Notes under the pieces: generated by a model
What the model was told of the DNA's origin: nothing
Databases searched by the model: none
Seen by the model: only the letters and a program-made list of their open reading frames with translations
Shown here: positions 27,701 through 41,602 of the stretch, piece by piece
How the letters are laid out: the number at the start of each line of letters is the position of its first letter
Numbering within the stretch: the first letter of the stretch is position 1
Made by a program: the position numbers and the translations under genes
Source: Chrysomallon squamiferum
Taxonomy: Eukaryota; Animalia; Mollusca
Reading direction: 5' to 3'
Assembly (NCBI GenBank): GCA_012295275.1
Contig: CM022665.1
Span: 35,898,001-35,962,000 of the forward strand
DNA length: 64,000 bases

Positions 27701-28449
27701 ATATTATTCAGAACTAAATAATAATTGTGTTTTGTATATTTATAGTGTTTCATTTTTATTTGAATTAAATGCAGAAAAATATAACATAGGCTAATACAAA
27801 CTAAGAAAATGTTATGCAGTAGACTTAAAATAAATTTTTGTTGTATTTTAGAAATGTGTAATATCTCTGGCAGTATCAATAAACTGTCTAGAAAAATTCT
27901 TTAAACTTTACAAGTTATTATTGTTGTATTGTTTTGGTCCACCTATCATCATTAATAACAAAGTATGACAATAAAATAATACTTCTACAAAACACTTGAA
28001 TGCTGCCATTTTACCATTTTACAACTGGAGTTGTGATGTCACTGCCTAGATGGACATGGAGAGCTGTATTCAGAGTAAATGATTCTGTCTTGAATGTAAT
28101 GATGCCATATCAGAAATAAAGCAATTCCCAGAATTTTTAAACTGTAGTTGTTTGTTGTATGACTTGTTTATTAAATAAAATCTGCCTGCAGAAAACCTAA
28201 CTTGAAAGAATGCAGAATACTTAGACTATTTCTTCATATCTTTTTAGCCAAATCACTTGTTAACCATTATATTTAAGAGGTAGAAAATTTATTAAGTTTA
28301 TTTGAAATATCCTTTCAATATTTTTATTTTCTCAGGTTGATGTGGATTACACAGAAAAAAATATTTCAGTGAGCAATTATCCTCTGTCAGGTGCCCTTAC
28401 CTGTGCCAAAGTATGTACAGCCTTTGAAGAAGTTTGGGGAGTTGTATAG
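24718..28449 (+). CDS. EMG1: Ribosomal RNA small subunit methyltransferase NEP1/EMG1, 229 aa
   Basis: Exons 24718-24840, 25294-25395, 25772-25913, 26522-26580, 27213-27362, 28336-28449 (690 nt). Motifs [58 protein letters not shown] and [11 protein letters not shown]...AFEEVWGVV*. Confidence 0.97.
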
Positions 28450-31400
28450 AAATAAAATTTCAATTAATAATTGTATCATGTTTTTGTTTTTTTATTATTT
28501 TTTATTGCATAATTTAAATTGTTATTTTAAGGTATAATAAAAAAATATAACAAAAATAGAATTGAACTTGATGGTTCCAGAAGTTTCTGAAAACTGATTA
28601 AAATATAACATAATTACTTCCTTAAATTTCAAGAAAATGTTAAAATGTCATTCTTCATTTTCCTCATCTTAAAACATCTTAAAAAGTCCATAAATAACAA
28701 TTATTTTTTTTGTGTATTCATTTAAATATAAATCTAATGCATGATTATAACTGTCGAAAGTAGACTATTTCATTGACGTTGCATAATATTGCTTGAGTTC
28801 CTGGTTTTTATCTCAGAATTTGTTATCATTTACATTAGCCAGTTTGACAGTTTATACTTCTTACTAAAGAGTAAAATACTACTTTAAAGAATACCACGAC
28901 AGAATCAAAAGTGTTAATAAAATGATCTGTACGAAGAGCTATGCATAATTTTTTAAATATTACACAACAAATCAGGACATAAGCCATTTTGGTGGGAGGT
29001 TGATAATGAGGTTCAAATTTTTAGATTCTTTACATCACAAGCTTCGTCGTAATAACTCTCCCATTTCAGTAGTGTTTAATTCTCAGTTGAATATTGGCAA
29101 CTGGCCTGACAAACAACTAGGGTTCAGAAATTGACTTGCATGTTTAATTCCTGGTATTTTTGCTTTTGGAGATTATAACCAAAATATATATATGTATTTT
29201 TTTTTCAAAACAGAAACATGTTTGGTACTAGCTTGTAAATGGGATTTAACATTAATCCCTGATACTATTTGAATATAATTTTATTATAATTATTATTATT
29301 ATTATTACTGACTTAAGCCTATATTCACTATAGAAGCAATCAATTTATTTGATTTCTTTCAACCTGACTGAACCTTTGTTTTAATTGTTTAAATCAAAAT
29401 TATTATTTTTTTATTTCCTCATATGTATCTAGATAATTAGTACATCTTAATTATCACTTAGAACTGGATTTTGACAGAATAATAAAAGGTTTTGGCTATG
29501 GATCACATGGACTCCACCCTACTGAACATGGATTAATTCCCACTCTGCCGTGGCAGGGAGAAATTACTCAATTCTGAAACATGTATGGCTAACCAGTGAA
29601 AATCCTACATCTGCTGTAATGAGACTGTTTACTTGTATATGGTTATCATTCATTTATTAATATATATAAATATATATATATATATATTTTTTTAAAAATA
29701 AAATTATGCAGATATCTATCCACTCAACCTTGTGGTTGGTCTTTTTTAACATTTCAGTATCACATATACTATTGTATTTAGCTAATTACCAAATTAATTT
29801 TCATTAAAATACTTCATGTAACTTGAAAATGATTTATTTGTGTTTTACATGATTTAACCAGTGCTCATGTACCCAGTTACTCAATTGTTCACATAGTAGG
29901 CACTTTCATTATGTTATGATCCGTTACTGAAAAAAAAAAAAAAAAAAAATATAAATAAAAAGACGATTATGACCATTGCTTGGGATTGTCAAATATTACA
30001 AAATAAAAATATTAACAATTCAGACAGATTTATTAATTACAGATTCAATATACGGTATATTTAAACCAGATAAACAATTAAGAAATTAATAATGCAGTTT
30101 TAAAGAGGTATTTTTGACAATAATTTGCCAAACTTTTAGTAGTGATAATAATAATAATAATATATCACAATTTTCACAATACTAACGAATGAAAACATTG
30201 TTATTAACCTATGTACATAAATTAAATTAACAACTAGAACAAGATGGTGATGTTGATGATAACAATAACAGAAAGGAGATCTTAAAAGATTTATGTAAAT
30301 AGAATCATGTTCTCTTTCTAAATTTTCTCAGTCGTGGAACGTCTAATGATTTGCTTTGATTCTCTAAATAAAGAATGTAAAACATGCATCATCTGCAAAT
30401 AATATTAATGTCAAATCTTAGAACACTGAAACTGAATATAATAATAATAATTCTGATAATTTTTAAACATAGATGATTTTAACTTTTTTTTTTAATTGCT
30501 ATAATTGAGAACATGTATAACAATAAAATTTAAAAACAACGTGCTAAATAAAGAAACAGGGTTATGTTGCCATGATGTTGTGTAGTAAATAATAAATCTT
30601 ATTCTTTTAATTAATTAACTTTCTGACTACAAGTATGATCTTACACTTCCTTTGTCCAGCTACATTTGCTGTTTGTTTTGATTTAACTGGCTGACAGCAA
30701 GTATAAGCAGTTCTAACGACTTTCAGAAGCGAAGCCTTTGGTTAACGGTATGCGATTATTTCCATTGGGACTACATAGCGATTGCTGGGGGTATTTTTAT
30801 TTTGTTTATTGAGGTCGATGAAAACATAATACAAACTGTGTGAGAGATAAATGCTGCATGTAGTATAGGGTATAGGGTGATGATAACAAGTTAGCAGAAT
30901 TGACTGAAAGGTTTCACTACGTCTTCTATTCCTGGTTTGTATCAAACGTCTATCATTCTGTGAACACTTCTGTTTTATCTTTATCTTCAGAAGTGAACAT
31001 AAAATGAATAAAAATTAGGAATATTTCTGTCTGAAAATGTGGATCAGCCTCCCCTATGAGTTAATTCTGATAGAAAGCTTGTGTATTTATTACTACATTC
31101 TGCCTCTGTTTTAAACTTTTTTGTTAACTTATTTAGTTATTATTTTTTTGTATCTTCTAAAAACAGTTTAGCTATTATCCAATGCTAATAAATAAATTAA
31201 TTTATATTATTATTATTATGGTTATTATTATTAAGATTTTTATCATAAATTAAAATTAATAACTTTGAAATAAATATGTCTCGAGAAAAACAATACAAAT
31301 AAATAAATCACTTGCCTGTGAAAGAACAACCAAATTCTTAACGCATACATCTGAAAGATCAACATATGTTCATTATTCTACACAAACACATGCTTGTCAT

Positions 31401-32207
31401 GAAAGTGGCGATCTCTGGATTATGTTTTGAATGTGGAAGTTACAGAATATTATTAATTCAAATATTTACTGATATCTCTAGAAATCTATTGACTAGATAT
31501 TACCATGGGAGTATGCCATTAATACCATGTCACTAAAGCTAACCAATTAATTTTGTAAGTCGTCTTCATGATTATTCATTAATCTCGCCTGTTTGTAATA
31601 GTGCAGAAAGATGTTATTAGAATTATGAAGATGTGTGCTCGGAAATCAGATTATTGTTCAGTGTTTTAACGTTGGATTCTGTTAGAACCTCCGAAATTTT
31701 ATCGTTTAAACAAATCTAATTTCAACCCTTTTTCACTGCCTCTCTTCAATGTGTATCTTTGAATCTGTTATCGATTTAGAGTTTACGAAGAAATAGTCTA
31801 AAATAATAGTTATACTGCATACTTCCAAATCAAGTTTTTGTTTTCCCTCCTTCTGCGTTCTGTCTTAATAATGAAGAATAAATACATAACAGTATAGTTT
31901 AACAATATCTGGATGCCTGCATTATTATTATTATTATATGTTTGTAGTCTCTATAATAACAATTTCAATAATAATAAACAGCATTCCAACTGTTAACTGT
32001 ACAATGACATGCATATTTCGTGGCCACAAGCAATCACAGTTTCATTTATTTTCAAAGCAAGATTTGGGGAATGAAAACTAACACATTGATGATATATTTT
32101 TCACTAGGTCTTATATTTATAAACATATTTTGTTGTAGGCCTAGTCCAGCTGCCTGCGCTTTGACCAAATTATTTTCTTTGTCTGTTATAATCGTGTTTT
32201 GGTCATT

Positions 32208-32510
32208 GTTAGAGTTAGGGTTAGGGTTTAGGTTTAGGGTTAGTGTTTGGGTTAGGGTTAGGGTTTAGGGTTAGGATTAGAGTTTAGGGTTAGGGTCTGG
32301 GTTAGGGTTTAGGGTTAGGTTAGGATTAGGGTTTGGTTAGAGTTAGGGTTAGGGTTAGGGTTAGGTAAGAGTTAGGGTTAATGTTAGGGTTTAGGGTTTA
32401 GAGTTAGGGTTGGGTTTAGGATGAGGGTTAGTGTTTAGGGTTAGTGTTAGGTTAGGGTTAAAGGGTAGAGTTAGGGTTAGGTTAGGGTTTAGGGATAGGG
32501 ATACGGTTAG
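32208..32510 (+). repeat. Interstitial degenerate telomeric (TTAGGG)n array
   Basis: About 300 bp of TTAGGG with TTTAGGG, TTAGG and TTAGAG variants. Confidence 0.95.
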
Positions 32511-32638
32511 TATATGTGATAATAAATAAGTCTTGTTTTATACAACTCATTTCTTGTGTTTATTTTCTCCAACATATCCACAGATGTTTCACTTTTGTTA
32601 TCAGATCCTGAACTCATCACTGGAGCTATTTGAAAAGC
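32507..32638 (-). pseudogene. Truncated paralogous copy of the orphan exon at 56201-56559
   Basis: About 94% identical (9 mismatches in 143 nt by eye) to 56430-56572, including the acceptor tttctctcctcag. Reads AFQIAPVMSSGSDNKSETSVDMLEKINTRNELYKTRLIYYHIY*. Confidence 0.6.
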
Positions 32639-32689
32639 CTGAGGAGAGAAAGAAAAAGGAATTAGAGACATCATTCCAGCATTGTAGTG

Positions 32690-34160
32690 TGGATTATAAT
32701 TAATCAGTGTTTTTCCTGTATGTTTCTTTTACATCTCTTAATACATCCTCTGTGCTCCTGAGAACATTTATCTCTAGGTGTTCTTCCATGTTTTTTATTT
32801 ATATAACTTTTCTGTTTAAAGTTTCTTGACTTTACTGTTCTACATATTTACTAATCAGTCTTTCTTTTTTCTCCATCATGGATCCATTTTTTTTAACTTA
32901 TTTGTGGTCATTCTCACTTAGTTCTAATATTTTTTTTTTTGTGAAAATAATATTAATCTGCTTATAGAAATAAAAATATTTCTTTAGTAATAAAATATGA
33001 TATATTGTAAAAGCACCCAGTCTAATTATCAATATAATTTCTGGTGTATCAAATAGAAAATTACTACTCATCTTAGTTGTATCAAATCATAACAGTTGAG
33101 CCAGGGTTACTCAACAGATAATGATAAATGATGCAGTAAGCTTTTCAGCCATGTGATAATGATTGTAGGTATTGGTAGTTAAACTTTATGAAAGCCAAAC
33201 AGAAAGTCACTGTACTGGATAGCAATTAAATTATGCTGTTGTCTTTTTTCACTATGAATAACATGACTTTTTTTTAAAAACTATAAATGACTTGCATTTC
33301 ATTCTTTTGCCTGTACATTTTGTGAAGAACTAATGAATAAAAAGTTATCTAAACCTTTGTATGGTTTTCTTTGCAGTTTTCAGAATGAGTGTATCGAATT
33401 CTTTGACAATCTTGTTTCTATGATTTGTTTTTGATATTAATATTACCTTTATGGATATCTCTCAGTTTGGAGTAAAACGAATTTGCCTTTTTGTATTTCC
33501 ATCTGGACATCTAGTGTAAGTTTCATTACTCTGTGGCTATTGGTTCCAACTGACTGACTTAGTATAGCTCTGCAAGTCTGTAATAAAAGCTAGGTTTGCA
33601 GTTGTGGTCGAGAAAAGATCTAGGAGGATCTTGAGAACAACTTAATAGTTGGAACTGCTGATTTATCTGCCAGTCTTCTAGTACATCTGCTGTTCTAATT
33701 CCAAATTTTGTGAATCGCTGTTAAAATCACAGAGTTACAGTTCTGTTCTCTTCACTAATATGCACTGACAACAAGGATAGATGCCTGTTTTCAAGTTTTT
33801 CTCTGAAATGTGTCTAAGTATTCCATTGTGTCAAATTTAGTTTGTTGTTTTTAATGACTTGTTTTTTTTCATCACCTGTAGCTTTATCCCATATATTTCA
33901 TAGCCTGGAATTACCTGTAGCTTATGACATAGAACCCATCATTCTTCCACCCTGGTCGGTTTCCAGTGGTTGAGCATCAACTCTCAAGTTTCTGTTGTGG
34001 ATTAGCATTTAACTAGGATTAGGACCCCTTCCTACATTCTGGCCTAGACTTCACCCTTTGACCAATCCAGCCTGGGAATCTCTGTCAGGAGCTGTCGTTC
34101 TTGCTGGTATATATCTCTCTGGTAATTAGACATTGAAGTTACCTCTCCACATCATAAACA
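32690..34160 (-). mobile_element. Degraded RTE/BovB-like LINE fragments, including a 5' UTR-like segment
   Basis: The reverse complement of ~34020-34157 (ctcctgacagagattcccaggctggattggtcaaagggtgaag) resembles the recalled RTE/BovB 5' UTR. It is followed by stop-ridden, coding-like minus-strand sequence. Confidence 0.45.
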
Positions 34161-34384
34161 CTCATCTACACACAAAACAAACACTCTGAAAACATCAAAC
34201 ACACAGAGACACGAGCAGACAGACACCAGATAAACAAAAGTCCTCCACATATACTACCCCAAAAAACAACACAAACACACCATACAAACTGCACACGACA
34301 CTGACACATGAAACATACTGCAGAACATGTAGATATACACACAGAGACAAATATCAAAATATCAGGCACTCGTACAACAGCACA

Positions 34385-34720
34385 GCAGTTTAGTGCTATT
34401 TCCTTTATGTACTAAACTTACAAAACACAAGACTCGCATGTCACAGTCCTCACACACACAATATATATAAAACACACAAAACAAACACAAATAAAGCACA
34501 CACACACACACTCACACCAGCCAAACACCGGATACAAATACACTGCAGTGTAGTGCTATTTCCTTTGATGTCAAACTTACAAAACACAAGGATCACATGC
34601 CACAGACCTCATATACACAATATATACAAAACACACAAAACAAACACAAGTAAAGCACACACACACACACACACACACACACCAGCCAAACACCAGATAC
34701 AAGTACAACACAGCGAACCA
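34385..34720. repeat. Tandem duplication of a ~160-bp CA-rich unit
   Basis: tagtgctatttccttt...aaacttacaaaacacaag...ccagccaaacacc occurs twice. Confidence 0.8.
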
Positions 34721-34980
34721 CAATGTGTTTTGTGTAATGCTGGATCTGTTATTTGTCACACAAACAAGAAAAAAAAATAATACAAGGTAATTTTCACAAC
34801 TGCAATATATATTTGTGATTTGTGATTTGTTTTCATTCATAATCCTATGTTCTTTATTTAGCAGGTGAAGAACATTATCTGGAAATGAAAGCTTTAAGAT
34901 GTGACCAAAATATTACAGGGATGGCTTGCTTAAGAGAAAATTATTTTTGATTTGTAATAATTCATGTTAAGACAATAAAA

Positions 34981-35024
<44 letters not shown>

Positions 35025-35436
35025 GCAATTGTAATTATAAAACTCTAAGATATTCAGCACATGTTCTTGTAAAATATGTTAAATTCTTATGTACAGTATG
35101 AAATTCAATTTTCTGTTATGAACAATTATTTTTGATATCTGACATCTAAAATTTCATATGTTGTTTCTTCAACTTTCAGAATCAGGATAAACAGTGCCTT
35201 GGAAAACTGGAAGATTGCAACTGATGATTTAGTGGACACAATTTGATTTCTACAACAAGTTGTCAGAAATAAGCTGTTTTTCTGGAAGTAAAGATGCAAT
35301 GAAAACTTACTTAAATTAAAATAAATAAATAAAAGGAAGAAATTTATTAAAAAATAATAATTTGTCTTTATCTCAAATGATGTTCTTTTAGAAACCAATT
35401 AAATTCTATTTATTGTTATGAACAAAATAATTTCTT

Positions 35437-35735
35437 TTGTGTCATGTGGCATGTGCCATGTGTTGGGACATTTTGTGTGCTTTGCCCTATATGGTGTGTC
35501 TTTTGTGCTTATTGCATATGTTGCATAGGTTTGTGCTTTCTGTCCAGTGTGTTATGTATGTGTTGTGTTTTGTGTCATGTGGCATGTGTCCCCTTTTGGG
35601 CCATTTTGTGTGCTTTGTCCTACATGGTGTGTCTTTTATGCTTCTTGCATATGTTGCGTAGGTTTTTTTCTTTTTCTGACCGGACATTGTGTGTTCTTTG
35701 TCCTATATTGCATTGTTTGTTGTCCTATATTGCAT
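35437..35735. repeat. Tandem duplication of a ~133-bp GT-rich unit
   Basis: ttgtgtcatgtggcatgtg...cattttgtgtgctttg...tgcatatgttgc occurs twice, followed by a partial third copy. Confidence 0.75.
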
Positions 35736-35845
35736 GTGGGTGTGTTCTTTTGTGTGTGTTCTCTGGTGTCTGTTTTTTTCCATGTGCTGGTGTTGTCTGT
35801 GTTTTGGGTCTGGAACCAAAGCACAGACAACAATAGAACAGGGGA

Positions 35846-37258
<1,413 letters not shown>

Positions 37259-38169
37259 TTTTTTTTTTTTATTTTTTTTATTATTTTTTTTTTTCTTGCT
37301 TTAGTTTATACTCGTATTTACTAACTGTAACAACAACAATTTTTTTTATTTAATCCGACCTAACAACAACAATAACATTAAATAAAGAAAGAAATAAAAA
37401 GATGTTTTGTTTTCATAATTTTCAGGTATTTCAGATTAAACACTTTTGTCGTTTTAATGAATTATCGATATCGGATTAATTATGTCACTGTCGCATGAAT
37501 GACGTCAGAAAAGATATTTTGTAACGATGGCTATTTATTTTGATTTATTTATTTTTTAAATATATATATTTTTTAACGGATGACAATGCTAGGTAACTGT
37601 TATTTTATTTACACAAATACACCATATTTTAGTGGTTTGCAAGAAGTATAGTATAAATGTTGTATTCATATTGTTAATGGATTACTGCAAAGAATATTTT
37701 AGCTAATTATTAAGTTAGTGACGTCACTAGATTTTTGTGCACTTTGTGAAAACTTATGTTTTTATTATCTTTTAACGTTGCAAGACATACATACACTTAC
37801 ACACACGGATACAACACACATAAACACACAGAGATATACACAAAGAAACACGTACACCCAGATACAAATGTAACACACACACACACACACACATACACAT
37901 AGAAACATACGCATACAGACATAAAAACACTCACACAGCCATACATATACACTAGAATATTAACGGTGAAACTGAATGTATATAATTATGAATGAATGTA
38001 TGTGTATATATGTGTGAGTATGTGTATTTATGTGTTTGTGTGTGTGTCTGTACGTATATAGATATGAATGAAAATGTGTATAATTAAGTATATTTTAACT
38101 GAGTCGTTGCAGGAACACGTTTCAAAACTAAAGAATATTTGAGATGCTGTACTTATTGATTCCTATTTA

Positions 38170-38318
38170 TTGAACTGTTTTTAATTGACAGTGAAATGAA
38201 GATACTGAACTATTTTTTATTAATTGTGAAACGAAGATACTGAACTATTTTTTTTTTTTTTTTTCACAGTGAAATGAAAGTACTGAACTATTTTTTAATT
38301 AACAGTGAAATGAAGATG
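38170..38318 (+). repeat. Four ~35-45-bp tandem copies of the acceptor + start-codon region of the GON-TSP1 gene
   Basis: Variants of tgaactattttttaattaacagtgaaatgaagat. The last copy supplies the real ATG at 38310. Confidence 0.8.
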
Positions 38319-38914
38319 TTGATGTGGCTGGTATTGTTCCTTAGTGTCGTCAAACACGCAGGTGTGTTGTATTTGTGTAAATGTTTCTTATTAACGAGAT
38401 CTATATTTATCTCATTATAAGCTTCAGTATGTAAATGTTAATGTGGGATTAGAATAGAACGCTGTGAAGTTTCGAATATTCGATTCGATTCCAGATCGTC
38501 GCAAAGCTTCGATCCCATTCCATTCGATTTCTGTCTGTTCAGAATTTCGAATATTGCAGTGTACGTACATTTGAAAAAGTGTAACAGAATACCTAGCAAG
38601 AGTTGATATGAATAAACAAAGTCAGAATTATTTTTTTTTTTGAATAAAAATAAATAAATAAATAAATACATAAAAAATAAAAATCTTGTCACATTTTAAA
38701 ATCAAATTCGAATAAATAACACATTAACCAAATAATACCTCTATCATACCTATTTTTCTTCCTTTTTTTTTTTTTTTTTTTTTTTTTTCTTTTCATTTGC
38801 TGCTTATGAATTAAGCAAATATTGTAATGGTGATGGAGCCGGGGGTATGACGTGCAAAGAAAGGTGTATATAAATATATACAATGACAAAGAAATAAATA
38901 ACGAAAAGATAACA

Positions 38915-38932
38915 GAACAACAACAACAACAA

Positions 38933-39005
<73 letters not shown>

Positions 39006-39015
39006 AATAATAATT
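38915..39015. repeat. (CAA)n(TAA)n microsatellite
   Basis: Directly visible. It is the source of the poly-Cys and poly-Leu ORFs in the track. Confidence 0.95.
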
Positions 39016-39433
39016 AATACGAAGACATAAACTATTATAAATAATGAATAACAGAGAAGTAAAACTACCTACTGCTGTTATTTCAGACAGTGAGAAAGCT
39101 GCAAACTGCTCACATCTGAAGGAACTAGACGGGACAGTCAAAGATCCATACATTCTGTATCCGCCAGCGCTTGGAAGTCAGTGGGTCAAGATTTACTGTC
39201 ACAACATGAAGTCGTCACCTTCAGAATACCTTTCACTGCACTACTTCAACGGCGGCAACTACCCAGACACACGTGACAAACACTGCACCGGTGACTTGTG
39301 GAAAGCTCCCAAAGCCGCAACCCCCGGGACAACTACATACACTAAAATACGTGTAGATATCGAAGTGAGTAAACATAGTGTGCACAGACACTGACTTCTC
39401 TGAGGAGGCAGTGTACATTGTGTACAGTTTAAA

Positions 39434-39950
39434 TTAAACTGACGTCGAAACGCATTCGAATGGTAATGGCCCGGTTATTCGAAAGTAGGGAACAAATATA
39501 GATATGTAGTTTCGGTACACCGGTACTGGTGACTTACTGGACCTAAATGTGTAGCCTCGAAATAACAGCTGCTCAGTACCACGTATATTTTCAGTGAAGG
39601 TCAGACGATCTTGGATATTCGCCATATGGCTATGTTATGGGATGGAATGAATTTTTTTGTCACCATCATAATACTTACAGGATATTGTTGATTAAATGAA
39701 CTCAGTGTCAGTTTAATCCAGTTCGAAGATCAAAATAAGCGCTAATTAAATATCGAAATATGATAACCTAAGTTAAACAAAATGCACAACTTCAATATGA
39801 AAACATGCGCTAAGACAATATAATCAGATTAACTGCGTTAACGGATGCTCTTTGTCAGGAAGTAGGAACAGCGATTTCGAATAGTCGGAACTTTTAAATC
39901 CCTCTCATTTCGGTGCCATTCATTTCAGGAGACCGGGCTGACACCATTTA
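39434..39950 (-). mobile_element. Possible FLYWCH/MULE-type DNA transposon remnant inside a GON intron
   Basis: CpG-rich island in CpG-poor DNA. The ORF start LTFTENIRGTEQLLFRGYTFR resembles the first half of a FLYWCH finger (F..s.RG...L...GY.F). No TIR pair was found. Confidence 0.35.
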
Positions 39951-39978
39951 TTTTATTACTTTTGTGTTCGTGCTTTAA

Positions 39979-40287
39979 GACTGTGATAGTGTACACGACT
40001 GACTACTCTTTTGTTTTCAGACTATGATACTGAACACATTGACTACTATTTTGTTTTCAGTCTGTGATACTGAACAGACTGACTACTATTTTGTTTTCAA
40101 ACCATGATACTGTACACGACTGACTACTATTTTGTTTTCAGACTATGATAGTGTACACGACTGACAACTATTTTGTTTTCAGACTATGATAGTGTACACA
40201 ATTGACTACTATTTTGTTCTCAGACTATCATAGTAAACACGACTGACTATTTTGTTTCAGACTATGATAGTAAACACGGCTGACTAC
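39979..40287 (+). repeat. Seven ~37-42-bp tandem copies of a 3' splice site plus exon start
   Basis: Unit actatgatagtgtacacgactgactactattttgttttcag. The eighth partial copy is the true exon start at 40261. Confidence 0.9.
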
Positions 40288-41083
40288 TTGTTTGCTGAGG
40301 TCACTGGATTTCCAATTCCATACGGAACAGCAGCTGACTGTTATTCTGAGCACTACAGCAGAAAACCAAACTGTTCTGTAAGAGGATATTTTGTCATTGA
40401 TTTGAGAGATATTGGCTTTATCATAGATCCTAGGGTACGTTCATACAAATTCGATAAGCAGAATCTTATTATTATTATTATTATTATTATTAATTTATTT
40501 ATTTAATTTTATTTCTATTTTAAATGTTTGTATTTATTTATTATTATTTTTATTTTATTTTGGTTATATATAAAACAAATTATTATTTAATAAAGTATAA
40601 TATAATTAAATCGATGTATCACAACGATCCTCTTTCTTTAAAATCGCTGTCGTCGTTGTCGTTTTTGCCTCAGACTGCCTAGGACTTCAGTTTGAAGATT
40701 GCAGGTACCAGTCACAGTAATAAATTTACTCTGCTAGTAAAAACACGTGTGTAATTTCATACACGGTGTTGCAGGTGTCCTGGGATGTGCATGGTTACAA
40801 GGCTTTCATGGATCGCCACAATGTAAAGTAGGAGGGACAGAAACATGATCTACGTTGTGGCCGATACTGTGGATCTTGTAGCAACAGTAAACCTTTAAAG
40901 TTGAAGCGTTCCATTGGTGAGAACAGCATTCGTATATGTATTTACTGTAATAGAAAACTTTTAAAGTTAATTTGTTCTGTAAATGAGAAAAATATGAGCG
41001 AATATGCATTACCAAATATACAAAACTAGATAAGTAAATTTTGAGAGAAAAAAAGTAAAGAAAAAAAGATAAAAAACCCCCTA

Positions 41084-41140
<57 letters not shown>

Positions 41141-41541
41141 AATAAATAATAGTGCACATAATTAAAAAAACAAAACAAAGCTTTATAAGTGAATTCTTAA
41201 AATAATTATTATTTCGTTTATTTGCTGATTAAACACAGGAAAATATGACGATAATTAGTATCACAGGTCTAGTTGAGAATATTATAAACACGTGTACATT
41301 GACTTTATATTAAGTGTTTGTTATCTGCAGTGGATGGAAACTGGGGGTCGTGGACAGCAGTGAAAAGTGAAGATTGCAGCGTGACATGTGAAACTGGCAG
41401 AACTCAGGTGTTTTATAAAAGGAAATGTGACAATCCCAAACCTAAACACACTGGAAAATCTTGTGTGGGCCTCTCGATGAAGTCGAAGATTGAGACTTGT
41501 TTTTTAACTATATGTCCTGGTATACAGAAATCATATATGAT

Positions 41542-41602
<61 letters not shown>

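Noticed and set aside
25655-28200. Intronic snoRNAs in EMG1
   Set aside because: A C-box-like GTGATGA occurs near 25662, but I found no properly spaced D box with a terminal stem and no H/ACA structure.
32208-32510. True chromosome end
   Set aside because: The array is short, degenerate and flanked by unique sequence on both sides.
38689-39153. Poly-Cys and poly-Leu ORFs
   Set aside because: They are antisense readings of the (CAA)n microsatellite.
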